Below are positions 8,649 to 18,510 of a DNA stretch of 64,000 nt, in pieces (within the stretch, counting starts at the first letter, position 1; every line of letters begins with the position of its first letter). The stretch covers positions 8,695-72,694 of the forward strand of contig NZ_CAMUES010000009.1 of assembly GCF_947087965.1 (NCBI RefSeq), in the 5' to 3' direction. This stretch comes from an uncultured Mobiluncus sp. (lineage in GTDB: Bacteria > Actinomycetota > Actinomycetes > Actinomycetales > Actinomycetaceae). Below the pieces are notes generated by a model. The model was not told the DNA's origin, did not search any database, and was given only the letters and a program-made list of their open reading frames with translations. A program made the translations under genes and the position numbers.

Positions 8649-9536
8649 ATGCAAAATACCGGATTGACCGTAGGTGAAATTTGTGAGTGGATGGACGCGC
8701 GTTTTGCGCCCGAGTTGCAGGAAGATTGGGACCGGGTCGGGCTGATTTGCGGGGATCGGGATGACCCGGTGACGCGGATTCTGCTCGCGGTGGACCCGGT
8801 CGAGCCGGTCGTTGACGAGGCCCTCGAGTGGGGGGCGCAGCTGGTCATTACACACCACCCCTTGTTCCTGCGTGGCACTTCTTTTGTGTCTACTGATACT
8901 GCCAAAGGCCGGGTGGTACATCGCCTGATTCGCGGCGGGGCTGCCCTGTTTAACGCCCACACGAATGCGGACTCGGCGCGTGATGGGGTGGCGGACGCTC
9001 TGGCCCAAGCAGCGGGACTCAACCCGCAGACCTGGCGGCCGCTGCAGCCCGCCCCCGCCGACACGTCCTTGGGCATCGGAAGAGTCGGTCCGGTCACGCC
9101 CACCACGGTGGGTGAGGTCGCCAGTCGCCTGGCGAACCTATTACCCGATTCACCAGCAGGTTTACTGGTGGCGGGCGACTTTGACCGCGCAGTCAAGACG
9201 GTGGCGGTCAGCGGCGGGTCGGGTCAATCCCTGCTGCCCGCAGCCCTAGATGCCGGCGCGGATGTGTTCGTAACCGCCGATTTGCGCCACCACCCGGCGC
9301 TAGATTTCCTGGAGATGGACGGGGCTCCCGCCCTCATCATGCCGTCGCATTGGGCCAGTGAATGGTTGTGGCTGCCCCGCTTAGAAACCGCGTTGAACCT
9401 GTGGGCCGGTGAAATCGGGAAACCCCTGGAAACAAAAATCAGCACGGTCATTTCCGAACCCTGGGACGCCTATATCTCCACCGTTACCGAGGACGAGACT
9501 GAGCCGGACGATGCCGGCTGCAGTTCGATAAACTAA
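8649..9536 (+). CDS. Nif3-like dinuclear metal center protein (DUF34)
   Basis: WDRVGL, ITHHPLFL, HTNAD, TADLRHH, HWASE motifs. Confidence 0.92.
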   Translation: MQNTGLTVGEICEWMDARFAPELQEDWDRVGLICGDRDDPVTRILLAVDPVEPVVDEALEWGAQLVITHHPLFLRGTSFVSTDTAKGRVVHRLIRGGAALFNAHTNADSARDGVADALAQAAGLNPQTWRPLQPAPADTSLGIGRVGPVTPTTVGEVASRLANLLPDSPAGLLVAGDFDRAVKTVAVSGGSGQSLLPAALDAGADVFVTADLRHHPALDFLEMDGAPALIMPSHWASEWLWLPRLETALNLWAGEIGKPLETKISTVISEPWDAYISTVTEDETEPDDAGCSSIN

Positions 9537-9596
9537 TAGCCGAAATCAAGTTACGATTTAGGAAAAGACCCCCGAGAATCTGCAAGGAAGAAGTCA

Positions 9597-10322
9597 ATGA
9601 AAGCTGCGCCCGAAGACCAAGAAAAACTTTTGGACCTGCAGGTCCTGGATCGAAAAATTGCCGGCTTGAAACACGCTCTGGACAGCATTCCGGCCGCGGC
9701 GCGTCTGGAACAAATCAAGGCTGAGCAGGACAAGCTGCGCACCGCGCTGGCTTTGGCGACTTCCGCCCGCAACGACTTGAACCGGGCTTTGAAACAAGCC
9801 GAAGGGGAAGTCAGCAAAGTTCAAGAACGGGCGAAAACTCAACGTGAACGCTTGGATTCGGGTCAGTTGAGCCCCAAAGAGATGGAACGCATCCAAGCTG
9901 AACTCGCTCAGTTAGCGACGCGTCAGGGCGAACTGGAAGACAGCGCCCTGGACGCGTTGGACGCGCTGGAACGCGCTAGTGAAAAAGTGAAACTGGTGGA
10001 AAACCGCCGGGCGGAACTGGCTGGTGAGTTCGACGAAGCACAAGCCGAAGCGGGCAGCGCTGCCGGCGAACTGCAGCAGGAACTGACCGGTCAGCAAACC
10101 CAGCGAGACGAACTGGCCGCCACCCTACCCGCCGATTTGCTGCGGGAATACGAAACTTGCAAACGGGCGACCGGGGGAATTGGGGTAGTAGCGGTCAGCG
10201 GGAACCAGTCGGTCGGGATGGATTTGGAATTTTCGATGGCGGAAATCTCGCGTTTAAACATCGCGGCTCCTGATGATGTCATCGTCAGCGAGGACCACGA
10301 AATTATTTTGGTGCGTAAGTAG
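9597..10322 (+). CDS. DUF164 / C4 zinc-ribbon family coiled-coil protein (zinc-ligand Cys absent)
   Basis: MKAAPEDQEKLLDLQVLD N-terminus, long coiled coil, GGIGV...AAPDDVI...ILVR C-terminus. The position after a Nif3-like gene matches the usual actinobacterial order. Confidence 0.8.
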   Translation: MKAAPEDQEKLLDLQVLDRKIAGLKHALDSIPAAARLEQIKAEQDKLRTALALATSARNDLNRALKQAEGEVSKVQERAKTQRERLDSGQLSPKEMERIQAELAQLATRQGELEDSALDALDALERASEKVKLVENRRAELAGEFDEAQAEAGSAAGELQQELTGQQTQRDELAATLPADLLREYETCKRATGGIGVVAVSGNQSVGMDLEFSMAEISRLNIAAPDDVIVSEDHEIILVRK

Positions 10323-10334
10323 TACAATAATCGG

Positions 10335-10718
10335 GCGGAAAAGCCGGGCAGGTAGCCGCGGGCGAGTCATTCGATGAGCCCGAGGAAAGTCCGGACTCCA
10401 CAGGGCAGGGTGATGGCTAACGGCCACCCGGGGTGACCCGCGGGACAGTGCCACAGAAAGCGAAACCGCCCCACCGGGCTTATGCACGGCGGGGTAAGGG
10501 TGAAAAGGCGAGGTAAGAGCTCACCGCGCGGCTGGCGACAGTCGTGGCAGGGTAAACCCCACCCGGAGCAAGGCCAAGCAGCAGGCTGGGCGGCCCGTTC
10601 AAAGCCTGCGGGTAGGCTGCTAGAGAGGTCGGGTAACCGGCCTTCCAGAGAAATGGCTACCGGCGCGCGGCGGCAACAAAGCGCGTTACAGAATCCGGCT
10701 TATGCCCGGCTTTTCCGC
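10335..10718 (+). ncRNA. rnpB: RNase P RNA (type A)
   Basis: GAGGAAAGTCCGGACTCC, CAGTGCCACAGAAA, GGTAAACCCC and ACAGAATCCGGCTTA conserved cores. The 5' end (GCGGAAAAGCCGGGCA) and 3' end (TGCCCGGCTTTTCCGC) are complementary. -10 TACAAT at 10323. Confidence 0.96.
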
Positions 10719-10811
10719 TCAAATCAGCCGGTTCGCAACTGCCGGGGCACAAGCGGGGGAGGCGGCCTCGCCGGGCAATGGCAGTTTCGGGTTCGCCGGC
10801 AATGCCGAATG

Positions 10812-10846
10812 TAAAATGCTCCGGGGCACCGCAGCACCCCGGAGCA
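10812..10846 (-). terminator. Terminator hairpin downstream of ppgK
   Basis: TGCTCCGGGG / CCCCGGAGCA inverted repeat with a short T run on the minus strand. Confidence 0.55.
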
Positions 10847-10865
10847 AAACAGCAGTCTGTTCGGT

Positions 10866-11609
10866 TTACACCCCAGCGGCCAGCGCGGCAGCCCCCGCAA
10901 TGCCAGCCTGGTTACGCAGTTGAGCGGGGATAATCGGGGTCTTCAGATCCAGCAGGGGCAGGAACTTGTTGTGCTGACGGGACACGCCGCCGCCAACCAC
11001 GAACAAATCAGGGCTGAACAGCATCTCGAGCTGAGAATAATATTTTTGCAGGCGCTTGGACCACTGCTTAAAGGACAGTTTCTTGGCTGACTTTACCCCA
11101 GAGGAAGCGCGGCTCTCAGCATCTTTGCCATCAATCTCAATATGTCCCAGCTCGCTGTTAGGAACCAGAATCCCGTTATAAATGAGCGCGGTGCCAATCC
11201 CAGTGCCCAAAGTGGTGACGATGACCAGGCCGGGCACATCGCGGGCCGCCCCGTAACGGACTTCTGCGTAACCTGCAGCATCAGCGTCATTCACACACTT
11301 GACCATGTGACCGGTGTACTTGCGCAACAGGACGCGGACATCAATGCCAGCCCACCCCTGGTCAAGATTAGCAATAAACGGAACCAAATCATTCTTAACC
11401 GGAGCCGGAATCGTCAGGCCCAACGGCATATCCTCAGGAACGCCCTTTTCCTCAATAATCTGACGGCACACTTCCGCCACGGCCTGGGGGGTCGAGTGTG
11501 CCGGGGTTTTAATTCTCAGGCGATCGCCAATGAAATCGCCAGTTTCCAAATCTACATAAGCGCCTTTAATACCGGAGCCGCCAACATCAATCCCAAATCC
11601 AGTTGCCAC
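10866..11609 (-). CDS. ppgK: Polyphosphate/ATP glucokinase (ROK family)
   Basis: GIDVGGSGIKGA, NDADAAGYAE, TLGTGIGTAL, PNSELGH, FSPDLFVVGGG. GTG start chosen after a GAAAGGG RBS. Confidence 0.9.
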   Translation of the reverse strand: MATGFGIDVGGSGIKGAYVDLETGDFIGDRLRIKTPAHSTPQAVAEVCRQIIEEKGVPEDMPLGLTIPAPVKNDLVPFIANLDQGWAGIDVRVLLRKYTGHMVKCVNDADAAGYAEVRYGAARDVPGLVIVTTLGTGIGTALIYNGILVPNSELGHIEIDGKDAESRASSGVKSAKKLSFKQWSKRLQKYYSQLEMLFSPDLFVVGGGVSRQHNKFLPLLDLKTPIIPAQLRNQAGIAGAAALAAGV

Positions 11610-11738
11610 AAAAGTCCCTTTCGCGTGGGGATGAACTGGCAAATACTCTAGGGTAAAGGCCGTGATTTCACCAAATCACAGCCTGGTACCGGTAAAAATC
11701 ACGTACTCGCCAGGGACCTTGGACAGTACAAAAGAAAA

Positions 11739-12659
11739 TCAATCCTGATGGTTGCTGGGCCAGGTGAGAATCTCTCCGCCGTCCTCGCGCACCACCAAGG
11801 TGTGTTCAAACTGGGCGGTGCGTCCCCGGTCGCGGGTCACTACGGTCCAGCCGTCCCGCCACTGTTCCCAAGCGATTGAGCCCATAGTCAACATCGGTTC
11901 AATGGTGAAAACCATGCCCTCTTCCATAACCGTGTCATAGCGGGGGGAATCGTAATGCGGAATAATCAGCCCGCTGTGAAAAGCCTCTCCGACACCGTGA
12001 CCGGTGAAATCCTGCACTACTCCGTATTCAAACCGGCTGGCATAGGACTCGATAATTCGCCCGATAACGTTGATGGAACGTCCCGGTTTGCAGACCTTAA
12101 TGGCGCGCATCATGGCTTCTTTGGTGCAGTCGATGAGCTGCTGGGACTCGGGGTCAATCGTCCCGACCGGGAACATGGCACAAGTATCGCCGTGGACCCC
12201 GTCCTTGTAAGCGGTGATGTCCAGGTTGATGATGTCGCCCTCCTCCAGCGGCCGGTCGTCCGGGATTCCGTGGCAGATACATTCATTGACCGAGGTGCAG
12301 ATGGATTTACGAAATCCCATATAGCCCAGGCAGGACGGATAAGCGCCGTGATCACAAATAAACTCGTGCGCCACCCGGTCCAAAGCATCGGTAGTCACGC
12401 CAGGAGCGATGTACTTGGCGGTCTCCACGATGGCGTCGGCCGCGATACGCCCAGCTTGGCGGATTTTTTCAATCGTTTCCTCGCTCTTAACGTCGGAGGC
12501 CGTGACCCGTTCCGGGCCGTCGTGAAACATATATTCCGGACGGTCAATGTGAGAGGGGACTGGCAAGGTAGCGGAAATGCGTCCCGGTTTCAGGTTTCCC
12601 AAGGGCGCACGGCGGGCCAGTTCGTCAGTTCGAGTTTTCTTGTGTAACACGGTAGTCAT
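11739..12659 (-). CDS. map: Type I methionine aminopeptidase
   Basis: SVNECICHGIPD, DITAYKDGVHGD, GHGVG, FTIEPM, AQFEHT. Confidence 0.96.
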   Translation of the reverse strand: MTTVLHKKTRTDELARRAPLGNLKPGRISATLPVPSHIDRPEYMFHDGPERVTASDVKSEETIEKIRQAGRIAADAIVETAKYIAPGVTTDALDRVAHEFICDHGAYPSCLGYMGFRKSICTSVNECICHGIPDDRPLEEGDIINLDITAYKDGVHGDTCAMFPVGTIDPESQQLIDCTKEAMMRAIKVCKPGRSINVIGRIIESYASRFEYGVVQDFTGHGVGEAFHSGLIIPHYDSPRYDTVMEEGMVFTIEPMLTMGSIAWEQWRDGWTVVTRDRGRTAQFEHTLVVREDGGEILTWPSNHQD

Positions 12660-12701
12660 TCTTTCGATTCAAAAGTTCTCAGGTCGCCTCTCGGGGACGG
12701 C

Positions 12702-13538
12702 CTAGTTTTCATGGTAGTTTTCCGGGGCCGGGAAAGTCCGGTTCACCACGGCGTCACGGTAGCTTTGGGCAGCGTGTTTCAGCTCCGCCCCCACTTGACC
12801 GAACACCTGAGCGAACGAGGGTTTCCAGTCCTGCATTCCCGCCATGTCAGTCCACACCAGGACCTGTCCGGCAGCGTCTGGACCAGCGCCGATACCGATG
12901 ATGGGCACGTTGAGCTGATCAATGGCGGCGCGAGTGGTCGCGGCGGGAACCATCTCAAACACAATCGAGAACACCCCCGCCTCTTGCAAAGCCAACGCGT
13001 CCGCAACCAAGGCCGGAGCGGCATCGTCACGCCCCTGCATGCGTTTGCCGCCCAAGTGGTTTTCAGACTGCGGGGTGAAACCGAGATGCCCCATCACGTT
13101 GATACCCGCATCCACGATGGCTTTGACCTGGGGTAGGATACGACGTCCCCCCTCCAGCTTCACCGCAGCAGCTCCGGCACGCACCAACGCGACCGCAGTA
13201 TCCACGGCTTGGGCGGGGCTGGACTCGTAAGACCCAAAAGGCATATCCGCCACAACCAAAGCTCGGGAAGCCCCTGCCGCGACCGCGGCAGTGGCGCGAA
13301 CCATATCGTCTAAGGTCACCCCGACGGTGGAGGACATTCCCAACATAGTGGTCCCGTAAGAATCCCCGACCAAAATCATGTCGATTTCGGCCGAATCAAT
13401 AATCCTCGCGGTAATCGCGTCGTAGGCGGTCAGCATCGTCAGCGGACGTCCGGCAGCAAAGTATTGCTGGACGTGCTGGACGCGAAACGGTTTTCCGGGC
13501 TTGGGGCCAATGTCTGGATTATCTTTGTGCATAGTCAC
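12702..13538 (-). CDS. panB: 3-methyl-2-oxobutanoate hydroxymethyltransferase
   Basis: MLTAYD, LVGDS, DMPFGSY, VKLEGG, GHLGFTPQS, IGIGAG. Confidence 0.95.
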   Translation of the reverse strand: MTMHKDNPDIGPKPGKPFRVQHVQQYFAAGRPLTMLTAYDAITARIIDSAEIDMILVGDSYGTTMLGMSSTVGVTLDDMVRATAAVAAGASRALVVADMPFGSYESSPAQAVDTAVALVRAGAAAVKLEGGRRILPQVKAIVDAGINVMGHLGFTPQSENHLGGKRMQGRDDAAPALVADALALQEAGVFSIVFEMVPAATTRAAIDQLNVPIIGIGAGPDAAGQVLVWTDMAGMQDWKPSFAQVFGQVGAELKHAAQSYRDAVVNRTFPAPENYHEN

Positions 13539-13686
13539 TCCTTGAGTCTGTCCCTATACATCCTATGACTTTGCCGGGGGCGATAGTTCCTCAGATAGAC
13601 TTTCCCTCAGCATCAGATGGCGAAACGTTTTAAGATATTGGCAGACTGGGTACAGTCACCAGCAAGTATGAGAAAGGCGAAAACAC

Positions 13687-15240
13687 ATGGGTTGCACGAC
13701 GATTTTGGTTGGGAAAAAGGCTTCGGCGGACGGGTCGACGATTATGGCTCGGACCGACGACTCGGGGCACGGCTCTTTTGAAGCGAAACGATTTGAGGTC
13801 ATAGCACCCGAGGATTTGCCAAAAACCTACCGTTCGGTCCTGTCCCACGTGGAGATTCCCCTGCCGGAAAACGGTTTGCGCTACACCCGTTTCCCCGATG
13901 CTGATACCCACAAAGGCCTGTGGGCGGGCGCGGGGATCAACTCGGCTCGCGTCTCGATGACCGCCACCGAGACCTTGACCTCGAACGAGCGTGTGCTGGG
14001 CGCCGACCCGCTGGTTGAGTTGCGTGAAGCCCAAGGCGAGGAGGGCCAGGATGGTTTCGTTCCGGAACAGCCCGGCGGTATCGGTGAAGAAGACATGGTG
14101 GTGTTGGTGCTGCCCTACATTAAGACGGCTCGTGAAGGCGTGCTGCGTTTGGGGGAGTTGCTGCAACAGTACGGCACTTACGAGATGAACGGCATCGGTT
14201 TTGCCGATAACGACGACGTGTGGTGGCTCGAGACGGTGGGGGGACATCACTGGTTGGCGCGTCGCCTGCCGGAGGAATGCTATGCCGTCATCGCTAACCA
14301 GTTCAGCCTAGACGACTTCGATTTTGACGATGCCCTCGGGGAGGGGCGCGATTACCTGTGCTCGCCCGATTTGCGGGAATTTGTGGCGGACAACCACCTG
14401 GATACCGCGCAAACTGACGGCCAGCCGGCTCAGCGTTTCAATCCTCGCCTGGCTTTCGGGTCACGTTCGGATTCGGATCACACCTACAACACGCCGCGAG
14501 TGTGGGCGTTGCAGCGGTTCCTCAACCCCACGGACGTGTCTCGGTTTGGTTTCCACGGGGATTCCCGCCCGGATTCAGACGACTTGGATTGGTGCCTGAT
14601 TCCAGAACGCCTCATCACTATGGAGGACGTGAAATACACCCAGTCCTACCACTATCAAGGCACTCCGTTTAATCCTTACGCGAGGGCGGAGCAAGCTCTG
14701 ATAGGCGGCGCTGACCAACGCGGTATGTATCGCCCGATTGGGATCAACCGTACCAATTTCGTGGCTGCCCTCCAGATTCGTCCCGAAAAACCCGCCGCCA
14801 CCACCGGGCTGAACTGGATAGCCTACGGGGCCATGCCGTTCAACGCCCTGGTGCCGTTCTATGCCAACGTGCGGCACACCCCGGAGTATCTGGAGGCGAC
14901 GACCCAGCGGGTCACCACCGAACATCACTATTGGGCCAATCGGATTATTGCCGCCCTGGTGGACGCTCACTATCATCAGACGATTCCGCACGTGGAGCGT
15001 TACCAGCAGAAGGTCGTGGCGGCGGCTTTACAGATTGTGGCGCGTACCGACCGGGCGGTGGCTGAGCTGGGTGAAGACGCGGCGAACAACATGGAAGATT
15101 CCCGCGTTTACGAACTGCTGGAGGCCGCTAATGCCGAAATTGCAGACCTGCTGAAACGGGAAACGGACGACCTGCTGGATAAAGTCCTGTTTGACGCCAG
15201 CCTCAATATGCACAATTCGTTCTCGCGTGATGATGCCTGA
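13687..15240 (+). CDS. C69 family dipeptidase
   Basis: N-terminal MGCTTILVGKKASADGS (Ntn Cys nucleophile), ATET, GGIGEED, YNTPRVW, YRPIGINR. Confidence 0.9.
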   Translation: MGCTTILVGKKASADGSTIMARTDDSGHGSFEAKRFEVIAPEDLPKTYRSVLSHVEIPLPENGLRYTRFPDADTHKGLWAGAGINSARVSMTATETLTSNERVLGADPLVELREAQGEEGQDGFVPEQPGGIGEEDMVVLVLPYIKTAREGVLRLGELLQQYGTYEMNGIGFADNDDVWWLETVGGHHWLARRLPEECYAVIANQFSLDDFDFDDALGEGRDYLCSPDLREFVADNHLDTAQTDGQPAQRFNPRLAFGSRSDSDHTYNTPRVWALQRFLNPTDVSRFGFHGDSRPDSDDLDWCLIPERLITMEDVKYTQSYHYQGTPFNPYARAEQALIGGADQRGMYRPIGINRTNFVAALQIRPEKPAATTGLNWIAYGAMPFNALVPFYANVRHTPEYLEATTQRVTTEHHYWANRIIAALVDAHYHQTIPHVERYQQKVVAAALQIVARTDRAVAELGEDAANNMEDSRVYELLEAANAEIADLLKRETDDLLDKVLFDASLNMHNSFSRDDA

Positions 15241-15272
15241 ACTGGCGAGAAGTTTCAGATGAGGAGCCGAAG

Positions 15273-16178
15273 TTGAAAAAATCGATAGTCATTTATAACC
15301 CCGTGAAAGTCGGGGACGAAGACGAGTTTACAGCCGGTTTGAACGCGGCGGCCCAACAGCACGATTTCACCGTGGAATACCTCACCACCAGCGTTGACGA
15401 CCCCGGCTTTGCGATGGCCGCGCAGGCTCGAGAGATGCATCCCGACCTGGTCATCGCCGCGGGCGGGGACGGCACCGTGCGCGTGGTCAGCACCGAGATG
15501 CGTCACAGCGAGATTCCGGTGGCGGTATTGCCAGCGGGGACCACGAACCTTTTGGCGCGAAACCTCAACGTGCCTTTGGATATGAAAGCCGCCATGGAAC
15601 TGGCGTTCACGGGGGAAAAAGTCTCGATGGACATCGTGAAGGTGCATAACGAAACTTCCCGTAAACCTTGGTATTTCACGGGTATGGCAGGGATTGGGAT
15701 AGACGCCGAAGTCATGCATCACGTGGATGAGGGGCTGAAAAAGGTGGTCGGTCCCGTGGCCTACGTCATGTCCTTTTTCAGGCAGGTCAACAACTCTGTG
15801 CATCGCTGCCGGTTCCGCATTGACGGCAAGCAGATTTTGAAACGTAACGTGATTATTTTCATGGTCGGCAACACCTCGGAGCTGACCGGCGGAATCCAGC
15901 TATTTCCCGATGCCACTCCCTTTGACGGTTCCCTAGATTTGCTGATTGGGGCCCCGCAGGGAGTCGGCGGCTGGTGGCGCGTAGTCAAGAACGTGGTTTT
16001 GAGGCTGGGACGGCACAACAGCACGCTGGAGTATTTCAGCGGCAAACGCTTCGAAGTCTTGTTGCATAAGCCGGCGGTGTGGGAGATGGACGGTGACCCC
16101 GAAGCAGCGGCGCGGCACTGGGTTTTCCAGGTCGTTCCGCAGGCCATCACGGTTGTCGCCGGGAACCCGGTCTCATAG
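15273..16178 (+). CDS. Diacylglycerol/lipid kinase family protein
   Basis: IYNP, AAGGDGTV, LPAGTTNLLAR, GIGIDA, MDGD. Confidence 0.9.
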   Translation: MKKSIVIYNPVKVGDEDEFTAGLNAAAQQHDFTVEYLTTSVDDPGFAMAAQAREMHPDLVIAAGGDGTVRVVSTEMRHSEIPVAVLPAGTTNLLARNLNVPLDMKAAMELAFTGEKVSMDIVKVHNETSRKPWYFTGMAGIGIDAEVMHHVDEGLKKVVGPVAYVMSFFRQVNNSVHRCRFRIDGKQILKRNVIIFMVGNTSELTGGIQLFPDATPFDGSLDLLIGAPQGVGGWWRVVKNVVLRLGRHNSTLEYFSGKRFEVLLHKPAVWEMDGDPEAAARHWVFQVVPQAITVVAGNPVS

Positions 16179-16287
16179 AGCGGATAAAATCGCGAATTCG
16201 TTAGAATAGCACGGAAAACTCGGCGTTGCGCGAGGATTTACCACCCAAAACGCGAGGATTTACCATCACGTCAGACTCCGGCAATTT

Positions 16288-17160
16288 TTACAGCGCCGCT
16301 GCCACAAAAACCAATACTGAAATCGCCACTTCGGTCAGCCCGATGACTCGCGGTCGCCAGGGCTTGCCGCGCCGGCGTGCCTGCCAGGGGAACCAAATCG
16401 AACGAGCTAATGTCACCAGCCATGCGACTGCTACCAGAGGAGATACCCAAGACAGAGCGGCGAAAAGCAGCGCAGCGGCAAAACCTAGGGCGTGCGAAAT
16501 TATCGAAATGACCAGGAAACGCTGGTTACCACGCTGCCGAAAAATCGTCTTTACGTAGGGAACTGAAGCTGCATAATAGGCTGTGAGCTGCACAGCTACT
16601 GATATTGCCGCCGGCCAACCCCGTAAAACAGTGGATAGAGCGTGTCCGCCCAGAGCAGATGCCTCGTGAACCCCGTACATCGCGTCCTGACCCATCCGCA
16701 AAGCCGCAGCCATCAAGCCGCAGTGATAGGCAACTAAGGTCATCAGTCCTGCTGCCAGGATAATCGTCAGACGCGCTCCCAAACCGCGTTCTCGCCCGCA
16801 GCGCACCTCACCAGCCCAAATCCCGATGAGGATAGCGAAAGCCGGAATCCAACAGCAGAGTAGCGGCAGCATCGCCAGGACTCCTATTCCCAGCACCCCA
16901 ACCAGGATTCCGTAAATCAAAACGGGGTATCGTAAGGATTTCTTCCGAGGATTCTTAATCAGGCGTAGCGCCGAAAATACAAAGAAGAAACCAATCATCC
17001 ACGTGGAGAGCAGCAGCGCATGCTGCCAGGCCCATCCGCCAAGCGTTGCCCCGAATAGCGCCGGAACGGTGACGATGAACCAAGCCCCATGCTGATTGGG
17101 TAGCCAGGTGCGCAAAACAGACCTAACTTTTCGGTTTTCACGAGCAAGGGGTAGGGTCAT
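16288..17160 (-). CDS. YwiC-like membrane protein
   Basis: WLPNQHGAW N-terminal motif, many TM helices, PYVKT and IGLTE motifs. Confidence 0.75.
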   Translation of the reverse strand: MTLPLARENRKVRSVLRTWLPNQHGAWFIVTVPALFGATLGGWAWQHALLLSTWMIGFFFVFSALRLIKNPRKKSLRYPVLIYGILVGVLGIGVLAMLPLLCCWIPAFAILIGIWAGEVRCGRERGLGARLTIILAAGLMTLVAYHCGLMAAALRMGQDAMYGVHEASALGGHALSTVLRGWPAAISVAVQLTAYYAASVPYVKTIFRQRGNQRFLVISIISHALGFAAALLFAALSWVSPLVAVAWLVTLARSIWFPWQARRRGKPWRPRVIGLTEVAISVLVFVAAAL

Positions 17161-17210
17161 GACCTCGAGCCTAGGCTTATTCTGGGAGGGATTACGAAAA
17201 AACTGGCTAT

Positions 17211-18269
17211 CTAGCTGTCCATCAACTGATCGAGCAGGGCGCCGACCTGAGCGGAGTTGTCTTCCATAGTCTCCAGATGCTTTTTCATCAGTTCGCTGTC
17301 GCCTGCTATAAAGGCCTCGACCGCAGCCTTACCAGAAACGTGGGTACCTTCGTGAACACCCTCGAGCTGTTGGAAACAGGGCTGTCCTGAGTAGTCGAGG
17401 TGACCGCGCCCCTCGTAATACCACTTGCCCAAGCGGCAAGTGTGCGAGGAGGAAATCCCCTCCGGGTTCGGCTCAGCAATTCCGGTAACTTGACGGTAAA
17501 TCCCCAACTTAAAGATGAAGTGGTCGAGTTTCACCACCGAAACAAATGAATCCGTAGTCACGTGCGCAATCGAGTCTGCCATCGAGGAAACTTTTTCTCC
17601 CACCGCGGTCGCGGTCTGGCTGGATTTTTCTTCGAATTCTTTGGATTCGTCAATAGCCTCCGTGATGTTTTCCAGGGCGCTGGCGGTGCCCTCGGTGATG
17701 GAAGTAACCAAGGCGCCAATTTCCTGGGTGGCACTGGCGGTCCGTTCTGCCAAAGTGCGCACTTCTCCTGCCACCACGGCGAAACCACGGCCCGCTTCAC
17801 CTGCGCGTGCCGCTTCAATGGTGGCGTTCAGAGCCAGCAAATTTGTTTGCGAAGCGATACCTTCGATTTGCTGCACAAAATTATGAATCGACTCGGAAGC
17901 CTTGGACAAGGCCTCCATGTTCCCGCCCATATCCTGCAGCTTTTTGAAAATGTCCCCGGCACCGTTGGCCATGTCGTGCAAATCGCGGGTTGATTCCGCC
18001 ACGATTCGACGGGCTTCCGCAGTATCGGCGGAATCTGCGTCCAATTCGGACACAATCTTGCCCAGGGAATCGCGGACATTTTCCGCCGATCCGAAGCATC
18101 GAGCCAGAGGGTCATGAGTACTCTGGGTGAAGGCCTGTTTTTGGCTCAGTTCACTGAGAGCGGTATCTTGAGATTCTTTCTCAGCCTGAAGCTCAGCGAG
18201 CTCAGTGCGGAGGCGCTCAATCTCTGCCTGTAAGCGTTGCGTTTCCACTGCGGTTTTGGCTTTTTTCAC
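17211..18269 (-). CDS. Soluble methyl-accepting chemotaxis protein with C-terminal CZB zinc-binding domain
   Basis: MCP signalling tip [37 protein letters not shown] signature DHFIFK...[10 protein letters not shown]...VHEGTH. No TM segment. Confidence 0.92.
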   Translation of the reverse strand: MKKAKTAVETQRLQAEIERLRTELAELQAEKESQDTALSELSQKQAFTQSTHDPLARCFGSAENVRDSLGKIVSELDADSADTAEARRIVAESTRDLHDMANGAGDIFKKLQDMGGNMEALSKASESIHNFVQQIEGIASQTNLLALNATIEAARAGEAGRGFAVVAGEVRTLAERTASATQEIGALVTSITEGTASALENITEAIDESKEFEEKSSQTATAVGEKVSSMADSIAHVTTDSFVSVVKLDHFIFKLGIYRQVTGIAEPNPEGISSSHTCRLGKWYYEGRGHLDYSGQPCFQQLEGVHEGTHVSGKAAVEAFIAGDSELMKKHLETMEDNSAQVGALLDQLMDS

Positions 18270-18510
18270 TTTGGTATCCTTGACTAAAAAAATTCTGGAA
18301 ATACAGTAAATAATTTATCTCATCAGGCGCCTTTTCTGTATACATTTCGCCGGTTTTTTACCTTTCCGGTACACAATTTATTCGTTCACCCCCAAGAGTG
18401 CCGCGGAATCAGCGGTGGCATTGAAAAATCTTGATTACCGGGCGGGCCGGGATTTCGACTAAAGTTGAAAGGGTTTTGAGCTGGCTCGGAGTCAAGGAAA
18501 TCGAGGAAAA

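Noticed and set aside
10482..10814. 110-aa ORF
   Set aside because: It overlaps the RNase P RNA and is spurious.
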